Positions 45,384 through 56,580 of a DNA stretch of 62,841 nt are shown here, in pieces; the first letter of the stretch is position 1, and each line of letters begins with the position of its first letter. Below the pieces are notes generated by a model. It was not told the DNA's origin. It made no database searches and saw only the letters and a list, made by a program, of their open reading frames with translations. A program made the position numbers and the translations under genes. The DNA comes from a virus. Its lineage: Duplodnaviria > Caudoviricetes. The stretch lies in the IMG/VR virus record IMGVR_UViG_3300035181_001319, positions 1 through 62,841 of that record; one strand, given 5' to 3'.

Positions 45384-45789
45384 GCTTTACGCTGAAAAAG
45401 CGGGCCAAATTGGAGACGCAGCCACCAAGGCTGCGTCTAAAGAAGTTTTGTTCCATCTCGTACGCGACACCCCGGTAGATACCGGTAAGGCCATTTCAAA
45501 CTGGCAAGTGGGTATTGGTGATGCCCCCACGGAAGAGATTGAAGCTTACGTGCCTGGAGACTATGGCAGTACTGCCACACCCAATCGGGCGGCCGCGCTA
45601 AGCGCAGGTCTTCAACAAATTCGAGGATACAAGTCGGGTGAAGGCAAGGCGGTTCATATCGTGAACAACATCAAATACATTGATTCACTCAACAAAGGAC
45701 ATTCTAAACAAGCCCCTCGCGACTTTGTGCAGATGGCGGTCCTTGCCGGTCGTAAGGCTGTGCAGAATGTCCGAGTAAACTTCAAGTAG
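45349..45789 (+). CDS. HK97 gp10-like neck/tail completion protein
   Basis: TPVDTGKA..NWQV...NNIKYI..LN.GHSKQAP. Confidence 0.75.
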   Translation: MGDLPAFIRRIRLYAEKAGQIGDAATKAASKEVLFHLVRDTPVDTGKAISNWQVGIGDAPTEEIEAYVPGDYGSTATPNRAAALSAGLQQIRGYKSGEGKAVHIVNNIKYIDSLNKGHSKQAPRDFVQMAVLAGRKAVQNVRVNFK

Positions 45790-45805
45790 CAAATAGGAGG
45801 CCGCC

Positions 45806-48800
45806 ATGGCCGAGGAACGCATCGACATTGTGGTGACCCAACGTGGGTCCCGCGAAGTCAAACGCGACTTGGAAAGCATTGGCACAGGCGCGGCTTCCAG
45901 CATCCCTGGAGTCAATAAACTCAAAGCCGCCTTGCAGCAAATTGGCGGAGGTGTGTCACTGGCTGTTACTCACACCGGTCAGCTGCAAGACGCAATGTCC
46001 AAATTGGGAATCGGTGCAGACCTTGGTGCCAAGGGCTTGCTTCGCATGTCGACTGCGCTCAGCGCGGCTCAAACTGCCATGGAGACCATCTGGGGCGTGA
46101 CAGTTCGCCTTTATGATAGCCTGGCCTCTTTGTCCTCACAAGCCTCTGACGGGGCAGGCCTTCCGGCTTTGGCTTCAGCTGCCTCCTCAGCGCTTGGACC
46201 ATTGGCTTCTGTGGGAACGGCTCTTGTCGTGATTGCTCGGGAGAGTACGGCTGTAATTCAGCAGCTGAACCTGATCCGAGGCTCCTTCGAGCAGCTGCGC
46301 GTGTCCGGGGGAGGTACTCAGACGCTTCTGTTCGACGCGGCGTCCATGGCGAAAGACATCACTCCCAACCTCAATGGTGTGGGAAATGCTGCTCAGACTG
46401 CAACCACGAGTTTCCGCAATCTGGCAGGTGGGGCCGGCGGGGCCGTGCCTCCAGTGAACAACCTTGGCCAAGCACTAGGCGGTGCGGGGGCTGCAGCCAA
46501 CAATGCCCACTTGTCTTTCTTCAATCTGTGGCGGATTTTGCTGGCCCTTACAGTCCTTCGCCAGGTTGTCTCCGCAGTCTCTGACGCTTCGGATGCTTGG
46601 ACCATGATGAGCAACAGGCTCAACCAGGTGTCCACTGACAGCCTCGATCTGGTGATGACTCAAGAAGCTGTATATGCTGCAGCCCAGCGTACGCGCTCGG
46701 GCCTTGAGGACATTGCCAACCTCTACACTCGCACGAGCATGGCCACTGAAAGACTTGGGCTGTCTCAGAAAGAGGTGATGGGCATCACGGAAACGGTGGC
46801 CAAGGCCATGAAACTGAACGGCGGGTCCGTCCAGGAGACGGCAAATGCCATGCGTCAGTTGTCGCAAGCCTTTAACAAGGGTAAGCTTGACGGCGATGAG
46901 TTCCGGTCTATCATGGAAAACGCTCCACAGCTTCAAAAGCTGTTTGCGGACTCCCTGGGCGTGACCAAGGGCGAGCTCATGGCAATGAGCAAGGCCGGCA
47001 CCTTGACTCTAGAGAGACTCATTGCAGCCATCCAGAAGGGGGGCCCTGCGATCGACGAAGCCTTTGGCAAGTCGGTCCCGACCCTTGCTGAGGGCTTCCA
47101 AAAGGTTGGAAACGCTTTTACTCGGTTCATAGGGCACATGAACGAGGCCACCGGATTTAGCCGAGGCTTCTACAATGTGATGACCCTGATCGCAAACAAT
47201 ATTGACATCATCATGACAGCTTTGACTGTGCTTGGGGTGGCGATCATTGCAGCCTTTGGACCTGCAGTTGTTAGCATGATTGTGACCTTTGGGGCTTCTG
47301 TTGCACTTGCCTTGGGTCCTATTGGCTGGGTTGTTGCTGGACTTTCTGCCATTGCAGCAAGCCTCCTTGTCTGGCGTGAGCGTACTATGAACGCCACCGA
47401 TGCAGCAATTGCCCACCACACTATCATCGAACAGATCAAGCAGGCCTACATCGAAAGCAAGGGGGCCGTGCAGAACTGGGCAGACACAATCGAGGGGGCC
47501 ACGCGTTCACAGGTACTTGCCTCACTGCAGTCTGCCGATGACGAACTGTCCAAGCTGCGGCAGAACGCCCTGTCTCCACTTGGCACTAACCAGCTGTTCA
47601 ACCTGACCACGGGAGTAGTCTCGGGGAACGAGGCCAGTGTGCAGTTGAACCACCTGATCCAGACCTTCAAGGCTGGTGGCATTGAGGCAAAACTCTATAA
47701 GGCTGAATTGGAGGAACTCAAGACTGCATACCCGCAGGTTCCGAGCGACGTCATTCTGTCATTGGAAAACTATGCTGACACCACGGTCGTGGCTGAAGAG
47801 AATTCCAAGAAGCTTCATGCTGCATGGGTACTCATGGGTGAGAATGTTCCGGATATTGTGCGGCGGGCTGCGGAGAATATTCTTGGCATCCAAAGCATCT
47901 TTAACAAGCTGACTGGTGTCCCAGACATGAGCAATAGCACAGGTGGGGATACCTTCAGTGCGCAGATGGAGCGCGATAACATCAAAGCCCAAGAGCTTCT
48001 GGCCACCAAGCGGTCTGAACTTGCAGTTACCATGGCGATTGCCCAATACGGCGAGAATAGCATCCAGGTCGCTGACCTCCGCATGGCCGCTGAGCAGGCA
48101 GTGGTTGAACGCCAGCTTGCTGGTCTCCATATCTCCGCTGAGCTTCATGATCAGATCATGAACACTGTACGGGTCCAAAGTCTGTTCAACAATGGACCCA
48201 TGAGTGCCTCCATTCAAAATGCCGTGTCCTCGGTGAAAACCCTGGTCGACAAGCTTCGCATGGCTATTGGCTTGAAAGCAATGTTTGGTGGAATGGGCAA
48301 TGACATGGGCTCGACTGCCGATATTGGCAGTCCTGCTTGGCAGTATGCCCAGTATGGCGCTGGACACTCAGCCATGGCTATGGCAACCAATCCGTTGTAC
48401 AATCCTATAGTTGTTCCGAATAGCGCTGACTCTCTCAGGGCTAAAAAGGATGGTGGAACAATTGCCAAGAACCTGAAAGAGGCAGACTCGCTGGCAAAGC
48501 TCCAGGCAGAAATGCAAAATGAAGCTAACATGCTCCGGCTCAGTAATTCTGAGCGGGCCATCCAGGTTGACCTGCTGCAAAAAGTGGAGCGTCTTCGCCA
48601 AGCAGGCATCACCCTGTCTCCGCTTGAGACTACGCAACTTGAAGCGGGCATTCGCAAGATGGCTGCGCTCAAGGAACAGACCGAGTTGTTTGGGAGCGCC
48701 ATTGACCGGGTTATGAGTGGGGCTACCGATGCCATTGTGAGCTTTGTCAAGGACGGTAAGGTGAACTTTGGTGACCTCATCACCTCCATGATTTCGGACA

Positions 48801-49174
48801 TTGCCCGCTTAGCTGCTCAGCAGTATATCACCAAGCCTTTGACCAACATACTCAATTCCATGGTTGGCAATCTGTTCGGTGGGAGTGTGTCCTTGTTCTC
48901 CGCCACTGCTGCCCCTGCTCCTGCCTATGCAACGGGCGGCAGCTTCATTGTGGGTGGGTCTGGTGGTGTGGACAGTCAAACTGTGAAGCTCCGGGCTTCT
49001 CCGGGTGAACGAGTGAGCGTTACGCGTCGCGGTCAGGGCTCCGAAGGCGCCGGAAGTGGTGTCACCAATGTATTCAATATCACAACGCCCGACGTGAAAG
49101 GCTTCAAAGCCTCTGAAACCCAGATTGCTGCCCGTATGGCTCGCATCACGAGCCGAGGAACAAGGAACAACTGA
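45806..49174 (+). CDS. tail tape measure protein
   Basis: QLSQAF..GKLDGDEFRSIMENAP tape-measure domain; 1122 aa. Confidence 0.92.
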   Translation: MAEERIDIVVTQRGSREVKRDLESIGTGAASSIPGVNKLKAALQQIGGGVSLAVTHTGQLQDAMSKLGIGADLGAKGLLRMSTALSAAQTAMETIWGVTVRLYDSLASLSSQASDGAGLPALASAASSALGPLASVGTALVVIARESTAVIQQLNLIRGSFEQLRVSGGGTQTLLFDAASMAKDITPNLNGVGNAAQTATTSFRNLAGGAGGAVPPVNNLGQALGGAGAAANNAHLSFFNLWRILLALTVLRQVVSAVSDASDAWTMMSNRLNQVSTDSLDLVMTQEAVYAAAQRTRSGLEDIANLYTRTSMATERLGLSQKEVMGITETVAKAMKLNGGSVQETANAMRQLSQAFNKGKLDGDEFRSIMENAPQLQKLFADSLGVTKGELMAMSKAGTLTLERLIAAIQKGGPAIDEAFGKSVPTLAEGFQKVGNAFTRFIGHMNEATGFSRGFYNVMTLIANNIDIIMTALTVLGVAIIAAFGPAVVSMIVTFGASVALALGPIGWVVAGLSAIAASLLVWRERTMNATDAAIAHHTIIEQIKQAYIESKGAVQNWADTIEGATRSQVLASLQSADDELSKLRQNALSPLGTNQLFNLTTGVVSGNEASVQLNHLIQTFKAGGIEAKLYKAELEELKTAYPQVPSDVILSLENYADTTVVAEENSKKLHAAWVLMGENVPDIVRRAAENILGIQSIFNKLTGVPDMSNSTGGDTFSAQMERDNIKAQELLATKRSELAVTMAIAQYGENSIQVADLRMAAEQAVVERQLAGLHISAELHDQIMNTVRVQSLFNNGPMSASIQNAVSSVKTLVDKLRMAIGLKAMFGGMGNDMGSTADIGSPAWQYAQYGAGHSAMAMATNPLYNPIVVPNSADSLRAKKDGGTIAKNLKEADSLAKLQAEMQNEANMLRLSNSERAIQVDLLQKVERLRQAGITLSPLETTQLEAGIRKMAALKEQTELFGSAIDRVMSGATDAIVSFVKDGKVNFGDLITSMISDIARLAAQQYITKPLTNILNSMVGNLFGGSVSLFSATAAPAPAYATGGSFIVGGSGGVDSQTVKLRASPGERVSVTRRGQGSEGAGSGVTNVFNITTPDVKGFKASETQIAARMARITSRGTRNN

Positions 49175-49176
49175 CA

Positions 49177-49806
49177 ATGCCCGCTTTCCATGAAGTTCAG
49201 TTTCCCACCGACATTGCCAAAGGTTCTTCCGGAGGCCCTGAAAGGGTGACAGACATTGTGGAGTTGGTGTCTGGCTATGAAGAGCGCAACGCGACCATGG
49301 CCAACTCCAAACGCAGTTACGATGCGGGTATGGGGTTGCGAGACGTCAATGACCTCCATGACGTGATCGAGTTCTGGGAAGCTCGCTTTGGCCAACTCTA
49401 TGGCTTCCGCTGGAAGGACTGGGCAGACTATAAGTCTTGTAAGACCAAGAACTTTCCAGCGTTCACTGATCAGTTGCTGGGCACCGCAAACGGTGTCCAG
49501 ACTGTCTTTCAGTTAATCAAGACCTATACCAGTGGGGGCTTCAGCTACGTCCGCACCATCAAGAAACCGGTCAATGGCACGGTCTCGGTTGGGAATAATG
49601 GGGTTTTGCAAAGCTCGGGTTTCACAATTGACTACACGCAGGGCACCGTTACTTTCAGTTTTGCACCTGGAGCAGGCCATAGTGTGACCGCGGGTTTTGA
49701 ATTTGATGTGCCTGTGCGCTTTGACGAAGCCAAGATGGCCATCTCCATTGATGCCTTCAACCACGGCTCTGTGCCGTCCATCATGGTGAAGGAGATTTTT
49801 GTATGA
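49177..49806 (+). CDS. GTA g12-like distal tail protein (DUF2460)
   Basis: FHEVQFP...GGPER.T.IV...GFRWKDWADY...AGFEFDVPVRFD. Confidence 0.9.
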   Translation: MPAFHEVQFPTDIAKGSSGGPERVTDIVELVSGYEERNATMANSKRSYDAGMGLRDVNDLHDVIEFWEARFGQLYGFRWKDWADYKSCKTKNFPAFTDQLLGTANGVQTVFQLIKTYTSGGFSYVRTIKKPVNGTVSVGNNGVLQSSGFTIDYTQGTVTFSFAPGAGHSVTAGFEFDVPVRFDEAKMAISIDAFNHGSVPSIMVKEIFV

Positions 49807-50705
49807 TGAATTTTCCGGCAGCTTTCCAGGCCCACCTGGCAAGCGGAGCGACCACAACCTGCAACTGCTGGAGGGTTACTCGCAAAGATGCAGTAGTCCA
49901 GGGCTTTACCGACCATGACGTGGACCTGACTTTCAATGGAACCACGTTCAAAGCAGCCAGTGGCTTCACAGCTTCTCAGATCAACAAGACTCTTGGCTTG
50001 TCGACTGACAACCTTGAAGTGCATGGTGCATTGTCCAGTTCCACTATCAACGAAGACGACCTGGCCCTTGGCAAGTATGACGATGCCTTTGTGGAACTGT
50101 TCTGGGTGAACTGGATGGACGTTACCCAGTTCGTCACTCGCATGACAGGCTACACAGGTGAAACCAAGCGGACTGGCGTGGCTTTCACCACCGAACTTCG
50201 CGGCTTGACAACGCGGCTTGATCAAGTTACCATGCGGACTTTCAAGCGTACCTGTGATGCGCGTGTTGGAGACGCTCGCTGCACAGTTAACTTGGGTCTG
50301 TCAACCTTCAATGGTACGGCCACGATCACTGCTATGCTGACTCCCCGCATCTTTCAGGTATCTGGTCTTGGGGCTTTTGCTGACGGCTGGTTTGCCCAGG
50401 GCACTGCCACATTCACTGCTGGTTCTAACAACGGAGGCATCGTGGACATCAAGGGTCACACCCTTAGTACCTCTGGTGTTGTGACTCTTGAACTGTGGTT
50501 TGCACCGGCTTTTGGCCTTGTGGTTGGAAACACCATGGCTGTGCGTGCGGGCTGTGACCAAACCATTACTATGTGCAAAGCCCGCTTCAACAACGTGTCC
50601 AACTTCCGTGGCTTCAATATGATGCCTGGCAATGATAAAGTCATTCGGAACGTTGATCCATCGGCCACAAATGAAGGCTCATCCACAACCACAACCAGTA
50701 AGTGA
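49803..50705 (+). CDS. GTA g13-like baseplate hub (DUF2163)
   Basis: TTTCNCWRVTRKD...GFTDHD...C.A.VGD.RC...GCD...C..RFNN..NFRGF. Confidence 0.9.
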   Translation: MMNFPAAFQAHLASGATTTCNCWRVTRKDAVVQGFTDHDVDLTFNGTTFKAASGFTASQINKTLGLSTDNLEVHGALSSSTINEDDLALGKYDDAFVELFWVNWMDVTQFVTRMTGYTGETKRTGVAFTTELRGLTTRLDQVTMRTFKRTCDARVGDARCTVNLGLSTFNGTATITAMLTPRIFQVSGLGAFADGWFAQGTATFTAGSNNGGIVDIKGHTLSTSGVVTLELWFAPAFGLVVGNTMAVRAGCDQTITMCKARFNNVSNFRGFNMMPGNDKVIRNVDPSATNEGSSTTTTSK

Positions 50706-50710
50706 GAAAC

Positions 50711-51169
50711 ATGCCAAACGCTGAAGACGTTGTAGCCGAGGCACGTCGGTGGATCGGCACGCCTTATCATCATCAGGCGTCGGTCTTTCAGGTCGGAAGT
50801 GACTGTCTCGGACTAGTCCGGGGTGTGTACGCCGGGCTATATGGCTCCGAGCCGGAGACGCCGCCTCCGTATTCCAAAGAATGGGGCGAGTATGATGCCG
50901 AGGAACTCATGCTCAATGCCGCAACCAGGCATTTGACCTGCAAACTGCAAGCCCCTGGCAAGGAAACGCTCAGCCTTATGGAGCGTACCTGGATGGCCGG
51001 TGATGTTCTGTTTTTCAGGGCTCGCATTGGTGCCGTGGCAAAGCACTGTGGCATATCGTCAGGTAATGGTTTGATGATCCATGCCTACAGTGGTGTGGGG
51101 GTTGTTGAAACGGATATTGGCGTTTGGAGCGCTAGGCTTGCTGGGGTGTTCAGTTTCCCTGGCATTTAA
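50711..51169 (+). CDS. GTA g14-like NlpC/P60 cell wall peptidase
   Basis: ARRWIGTPYHHQAS...DCLGLVRGV...KHCGI...IHAY. Confidence 0.9.
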   Translation: MPNAEDVVAEARRWIGTPYHHQASVFQVGSDCLGLVRGVYAGLYGSEPETPPPYSKEWGEYDAEELMLNAATRHLTCKLQAPGKETLSLMERTWMAGDVLFFRARIGAVAKHCGISSGNGLMIHAYSGVGVVETDIGVWSARLAGVFSFPGI

Positions 51170-51186
51170 CAGGGGCACTGACCGGC

Positions 51187-54100
51187 ATGGCAACTTTGGT
51201 TCTTGGGGCTGTAGGCTCGGCTATCGGCGCAGGGTTTGGTGGAAGCATCCTGGGCATGTCGGGTATAGCACTCGGGGGCTTTATTGGGTCCACAGTCGGC
51301 TCGGTTGCTGACCGGTACATTGTTTCAGCTCTCACTCCAAATAGTAGGACAACCAACACGGGCGCTCGCCTTGTTGAGATGACCCTCATGTCCTCGGCTG
51401 AGGGCTCCACCTTGCCACGGGTATTTGGCCGGGCACGGCTTAGCACGCAGCTTATCTGGGCCACGCAATTTAAGGAAACTCAGTCGACAACCTCCCAGTC
51501 TTCGGGTGGCAAGGGTGGTGGAGGTGGAGCTACTACCACCACAATTTCCTACAATTACTCCATTTCCTTTGCCGTGGCTATCTCAGAAGGTACGTCCAAA
51601 GCGCAGCTTGGCCGTGTATGGTTCAATGGCAATGAGACTGACCTTTCCACGTTCACTTTCCGGTTTTACCCTGGCTCAGATACTCAAACTCCTGATCCAC
51701 TGATCCAAGCAACTGAAGGCATCGATGTGACCCCAGCGTACCGTGGGGTTGCGTACCTAGTGTTTGAGAACCTTCCACTGGCCGATTATGGGAACCGCAT
51801 TCCGCAGGTTACTGTGGAAGTTGTGGTGCCCATGGACAGTTCAGACCCCAATGACTTGCTGAACATTGGCAAATCCTTTCAGATGATCCCCTCCGCAGGC
51901 GAAGTGGTGTATGGCACCCAGGTCTATACCAACACTGCTGGAGGGACCGCGACCACCCAGAACCGCCACAACAATTTCAATCGTCCGGATGCTGTTGTGG
52001 CAGTTGACCAACTCAACTCGTTTATGACTGGGCTTGATGCAGTGTCCCTTGTGGTTGCTTGGTTTGGCACCGATTTGCGGGCAGACCAATGCAGGATCAT
52101 TCCCAAGATTGAGAACAGCGTTCGCGTGCTTTCCCCCTCAGAATGGTCTGTGGGCTCCTACACCCGGAGCACTGCAGAGGTGGTCAGCCTGACTTCCGGC
52201 AAGCCCACTTTTGGTGGTACGCCATCTGATGCAACTGTGCTGGAAATGGTTGCCTATCTTCGTGGCCTTGGCAAGCGTGTGATTTTCTACCCATTCATTT
52301 TGATGGACATTCCCACAGGCAACACCCTACCTAACCCATACAGCAATGGTGCCGCTGGAGTTGGACAAGCTCCGCTTCCTTGGCGTGGGCGTATCACCTG
52401 TTCTCCTGCAATTGGTTACACTGGTACACCAGACCAAACGGCCACGGCAGCAACCCAGATCAACAACTTCTTTGCCAAGACCGAAGGCTATGCGGCCATG
52501 GTCACGCACTATGCAAACCTGCTTGCTGGTACGGGCATCGACGCCTTCATCATTGGGTCTGAACTCGTGGGAATAACCCAGGTGCGGAGTGATACAGCCA
52601 ATGCTTTTCCGGGGGTAAGCAATCTTGTGTCATTGGCAGCCACGGTTAGTCCGATCCTCGGAGCCGGAGTGAAGGTCGGTTATGCAGCAGACTGGTCCGA
52701 GTATCACTCCTATCGGCCTGGGAACGAGGTCCGGTTCAATATGGACCCCCTATGGGCCTCCGCAGACATTGACTTCATTGGGATTGACAACTACCTGCCG
52801 GTATCCGACTGGCGGGATGGACAGACCCACCTTGACTACGATGCCACAAATGGACCAACCAGCGAGTATGATGCTGCATACCTCAAGTCCAACATTGAGG
52901 GGGGTGAGTTATATGACTGGTACTATGCATCGCAGGCTGCTCGTGACACTCAGACCCGCACGGCCATTGCCGACGTGGCCTACAGCAAGCCTTGGGTCTA
53001 TCGCCAAAAGGACATCAGGAACTGGTGGCTTAATACCCATGTGAACCGCAACGCTTCAAATGTGGAGCTCACTGCAACGTCCTGGACGCCTCAGTCCAAG
53101 CCCATCTGGTTTACCGAGTTTGGCTGTCCTGCAGTCAATCGTGGCACCAATCAGCCCAACGTCTTCTATGACCCAAAGTCATCAGAGAGTGCCTACCCCT
53201 ACAACTCCAACGGACAGCGTGACGACTTCATCCAGCGTCAATACCTCGAGACCACGCTGCAGTATTGGCGGGACAACGCGCCCACGTCTTCCGTCTACAG
53301 CGACAAGATGGTTAAGCCTGCAAACATGATGATCTGGACCTGGGATGCTCGGCCTTTCCCAGCCTATCCCGCCCATACAGAGACCTGGAGCGATGGGCCG
53401 CTATGGGAGAAGGGCCATTGGCTTTCTGGCCGCATTGACGGGGCAGTGCTACAGCGCCTTGTGGCAGCTTGCTGTGAAAGAGTGGGTCTCACCTCGGCCC
53501 AATATGATGTGTCTGGTCTGGATATTGCCGGTGGGCTTATCCGAGGCTACTACATTTCCAACTCTACCACTGAGCGGGAAATTTTAGAGACCCTGGCGCG
53601 CTATTGCCAGTTCACTGCTGTAGAAAGTGGTGGCAAAATCAAGTTCATTGGCCTGTCCAATATCAAGCGGGCTGCCATTGTGCCCGTTGGAGACCTTGTG
53701 CTTCCTGAAGGTCAGACCTTCGGGGTATCAGTGACGCGCAAGCAGGAAATTGACCTGGCAAATCGGGTTGATTTGACCTATATTGACGAGATTGATGACT
53801 TCAACAGTGCATCGGTGGGTGGCCAAAAAGGCACTGGGACTTCAAAGGATGGAATTTCCTACTCCTTTCCCATTGTTTCCAATGCACCCTACATGACTGC
53901 TTTGGCTCTGAGCTATGTCTTCCAGCAGTGGCAGGCTCGTGAGTCTGGAACACTCTCCTTGCCGCCCTCCTATTCTTATGTGGAAGCTGGAGACATGCTC
54001 AATATTCCGGTGGGTGCCACACGGACCTTGAACGGGCGTATTCTACAGATCGACATCACCAAGTTCAATACCATGGAGTTTGAAGGCTTTGATACTTCGC

Positions 54101-55137
54101 TCTTCTCCCTGGTCGACACCGGGTCTGATTTGCGCCTACCCAAGCCCACCCCAGTCTATCAAAGCTCCAATCTTACGCTCATGGACATTCCGTTGGTTTC
54201 GGGCACTGAAGGACATACCGCAGCAGGACGTGTTGCGGCCTGGGCCAAGCCATGGCCAGGTGCCGTCAACCTCTATCGTGGAGATGGTGCTGGTGGATAC
54301 ACTCTGGTGCAGCAGCTGACTACTCGTGCAACCATGGGTGAAACCCAGACGGCATTCTACTCCGGAGCGATCGGCGTGTGGGACATGGCCAACTCAGTCG
54401 ACGTCTACCTATACCAGGACGGTCTTGTGAGCCAGACAAAGGAGCAACTACTTGCGAGCAATGGCAACGCAATTGCCATCTATAATGCCCCTGCAAACCT
54501 GTGGGAAGTGTTCCAGTTCACAACTGCAAACCTGCTTTCTCCAGGTGTCTATAGACTCTCGGGCCTGCTCCGTGGCTGTCTTGGCACCGAAGATGCCGTG
54601 GCTGCTGCACCGCATCCTGTCGGCTCCCGGATCGTCGTTCTGGCCATTCCGAGCGTTGCCGAACTGAACGTCTCGGCTGAACTGGCCCCCTTGTCTCTGG
54701 AGTATCGCTGGGGTCCAAGCACATATCCTGCGACTGACTCCACATACTTAAGCCAGACACATGCTGGTACAAAGCGGGGACTTCGTCCCTACTCACCCAC
54801 CTATCCATTGCTCCAGCGTGACTCAGCGACCAGTAACTTGTTCTTGTCCTGGGCGCGTCGTACCCGCATCAATGGAGATGGCTGGGAACAGACCGAGGTT
54901 CCTCTGAACGAAGAGGCTGAACAGTACCAGGTTGTGATCCTTACGGGCCCGGCAGGCACCGTGAAGCGCACGGTGGTGACCACGACACCTTCGTGGACGT
55001 ATTCTTTGACTGATCAAACAACGGACTTCGGTGGAGCTCAGACCAGTGTCTATGTGCAAATTAGCCAATATGGCGCTGCATATGGAAACTATGGTGGGGT
55101 TCTTGAGGGCTATGTTTACATGGGGAGTTCCACCTAA
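51187..55137 (+). CDS. GTA g15-like baseplate megatron / host-specificity protein
   Basis: PAYRGVAY.VFE.LPL..YGNRIPQ; GTA TIM-barrel motif YAADWSEY; KPIWFTE.GCPA. Confidence 0.92.
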   Translation: MATLVLGAVGSAIGAGFGGSILGMSGIALGGFIGSTVGSVADRYIVSALTPNSRTTNTGARLVEMTLMSSAEGSTLPRVFGRARLSTQLIWATQFKETQSTTSQSSGGKGGGGGATTTTISYNYSISFAVAISEGTSKAQLGRVWFNGNETDLSTFTFRFYPGSDTQTPDPLIQATEGIDVTPAYRGVAYLVFENLPLADYGNRIPQVTVEVVVPMDSSDPNDLLNIGKSFQMIPSAGEVVYGTQVYTNTAGGTATTQNRHNNFNRPDAVVAVDQLNSFMTGLDAVSLVVAWFGTDLRADQCRIIPKIENSVRVLSPSEWSVGSYTRSTAEVVSLTSGKPTFGGTPSDATVLEMVAYLRGLGKRVIFYPFILMDIPTGNTLPNPYSNGAAGVGQAPLPWRGRITCSPAIGYTGTPDQTATAATQINNFFAKTEGYAAMVTHYANLLAGTGIDAFIIGSELVGITQVRSDTANAFPGVSNLVSLAATVSPILGAGVKVGYAADWSEYHSYRPGNEVRFNMDPLWASADIDFIGIDNYLPVSDWRDGQTHLDYDATNGPTSEYDAAYLKSNIEGGELYDWYYASQAARDTQTRTAIADVAYSKPWVYRQKDIRNWWLNTHVNRNASNVELTATSWTPQSKPIWFTEFGCPAVNRGTNQPNVFYDPKSSESAYPYNSNGQRDDFIQRQYLETTLQYWRDNAPTSSVYSDKMVKPANMMIWTWDARPFPAYPAHTETWSDGPLWEKGHWLSGRIDGAVLQRLVAACCERVGLTSAQYDVSGLDIAGGLIRGYYISNSTTEREILETLARYCQFTAVESGGKIKFIGLSNIKRAAIVPVGDLVLPEGQTFGVSVTRKQEIDLANRVDLTYIDEIDDFNSASVGGQKGTGTSKDGISYSFPIVSNAPYMTALALSYVFQQWQARESGTLSLPPSYSYVEAGDMLNIPVGATRTLNGRILQIDITKFNTMEFEGFDTSLFSLVDTGSDLRLPKPTPVYQSSNLTLMDIPLVSGTEGHTAAGRVAAWAKPWPGAVNLYRGDGAGGYTLVQQLTTRATMGETQTAFYSGAIGVWDMANSVDVYLYQDGLVSQTKEQLLASNGNAIAIYNAPANLWEVFQFTTANLLSPGVYRLSGLLRGCLGTEDAVAAAPHPVGSRIVVLAIPSVAELNVSAELAPLSLEYRWGPSTYPATDSTYLSQTHAGTKRGLRPYSPTYPLLQRDSATSNLFLSWARRTRINGDGWEQTEVPLNEEAEQYQVVILTGPAGTVKRTVVTTTPSWTYSLTDQTTDFGGAQTSVYVQISQYGAAYGNYGGVLEGYVYMGSST

Positions 55138-56495
55138 TGGCCAACACAACTAACCTGGGCATGCCGCTCATGGCTGCTGCGCAGTCCCAGAAGCATATCA
55201 CCCACAATGATGCGATCACTGACCTTGATGCCCTGGTGCATCTGTCAGTCAAGAGCACTACGCTGACTGCGCCTCCTGGCTCTCCAGCAGATGGGGATCG
55301 ATACCTGATTGCCTCCGGAGCCACAGGGGCTTGGGTGGGTAAGGACCTGAACATCACCATGTACAGCAGTGGGGCATGGATTTTCTTTGCTCCCAAAAAT
55401 GGCTGGCGCGTCTGGGACGAGACCAACTTGCGTTTGCTTGTTTGGCAGACTGGGGCATGGGCTCCAATGTCAGTGTCCACTTTGGACTCAACATTCAGCC
55501 TGCTTGACAATTTGGACAACACCAAAGTTACCCAGTTTCAGCTTTCGGGCATTACAACTGGCACAACCGTGGTCCTTACAGTGCCGAACGCTTCTGGCAC
55601 TATCGCAGTCCTGTCAGGTATTGCCCAGACTTTTTCCTCGTCCACAGCCTTTTCTGGCTCGTTTACCCATTCGTCCACCATCGGCAACTATGGCACGTCA
55701 ACAGCCGCTGCCACCTACAACTTGGGCACCGGGGCCACGACCGCGGCAGCTACCAAGGCAATCAACATCGGCACCTCAGGGGTATCCACCTCTATCACCA
55801 ACATTGCTGTTGGGTCTGCTGTGGCCGGTGCATTGGGCACTCTGACCGTCAACTCTCCCACGGTCAGCTTCTCCACTACCAACACTGCGATCAACATCAC
55901 TGGCACAACGACCCTGGCTGGCTCGACCACCACGGCAACCCTGCTTTACCTTGGCCTTGGTGGCGCGACCCCCGACGCCACAAACCGGTTTTCCATCAAT
56001 AGCCCTGCGGCTTTGTTCAACAACGCCGGATCGACGATCGCCGTTACCCTTAACAAGAATGCCGCGGCCAACGACGCAAGCTTTATCTTCCAAACGGGCT
56101 TCTCAACGCGAGCCTTATTTGGCTTGCTAGCTGATGACAACTTTACCATCAAGACTTCACCCAACGGCTCCACTTTCACAACGGCTTTTACCCTTAACAA
56201 AACCACGGGTGCAGCCATTATGACTGAAGGGTATGTTGCTGTTGCCACCGACTTGGCTTTTACCATAAACCCAACGGACCCTGCTGAAACTCTGCACACA
56301 GGCACGTTGACTGCAGCTCGGGCTTGTACCCTTGGCACGTCGGGTGCGCTTACTGGCATGCGGAAACGCTTAACCCGGACTGGCGCAGGTGCATTCAACA
56401 TCACCTTTGCGGGCAAGAACATTGCAACGGGCCAATGGGCTGAAGCAGTCTATGATGGCACGGCCTGGTACTTGTCAGCATTTGGTTCGCTCTGA
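55137..56495 (+). CDS. tail fibre (DUF2793 N-terminus)
   Basis: AAQSQKHITHNDA...LDALV...PPGSPADGDRY...GAW.G. Confidence 0.85.
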   Translation: MANTTNLGMPLMAAAQSQKHITHNDAITDLDALVHLSVKSTTLTAPPGSPADGDRYLIASGATGAWVGKDLNITMYSSGAWIFFAPKNGWRVWDETNLRLLVWQTGAWAPMSVSTLDSTFSLLDNLDNTKVTQFQLSGITTGTTVVLTVPNASGTIAVLSGIAQTFSSSTAFSGSFTHSSTIGNYGTSTAAATYNLGTGATTAAATKAINIGTSGVSTSITNIAVGSAVAGALGTLTVNSPTVSFSTTNTAINITGTTTLAGSTTTATLLYLGLGGATPDATNRFSINSPAALFNNAGSTIAVTLNKNAAANDASFIFQTGFSTRALFGLLADDNFTIKTSPNGSTFTTAFTLNKTTGAAIMTEGYVAVATDLAFTINPTDPAETLHTGTLTAARACTLGTSGALTGMRKRLTRTGAGAFNITFAGKNIATGQWAEAVYDGTAWYLSAFGSL

Positions 56496-56580
56496 CGCAA
56501 TCCTGTTACAGGTATATAACGGTTCTAGCCGATTACAGGGCAAGACAAACTGGCTATAAGAATGCAGCTAGGAGCATGCC

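Noticed and set aside
49177-55137. Chromosomal gene transfer agent or prophage
   Set aside because: The module is embedded in a full circular phage genome with its own replication genes and a non-GTA head. No host genes or integrase were seen.
56496-56580. Twister-like ribozyme before the endolysin
   Set aside because: It has only short stems and lacks the conserved twister pseudoknot sequences. A promoter or leader is more likely.
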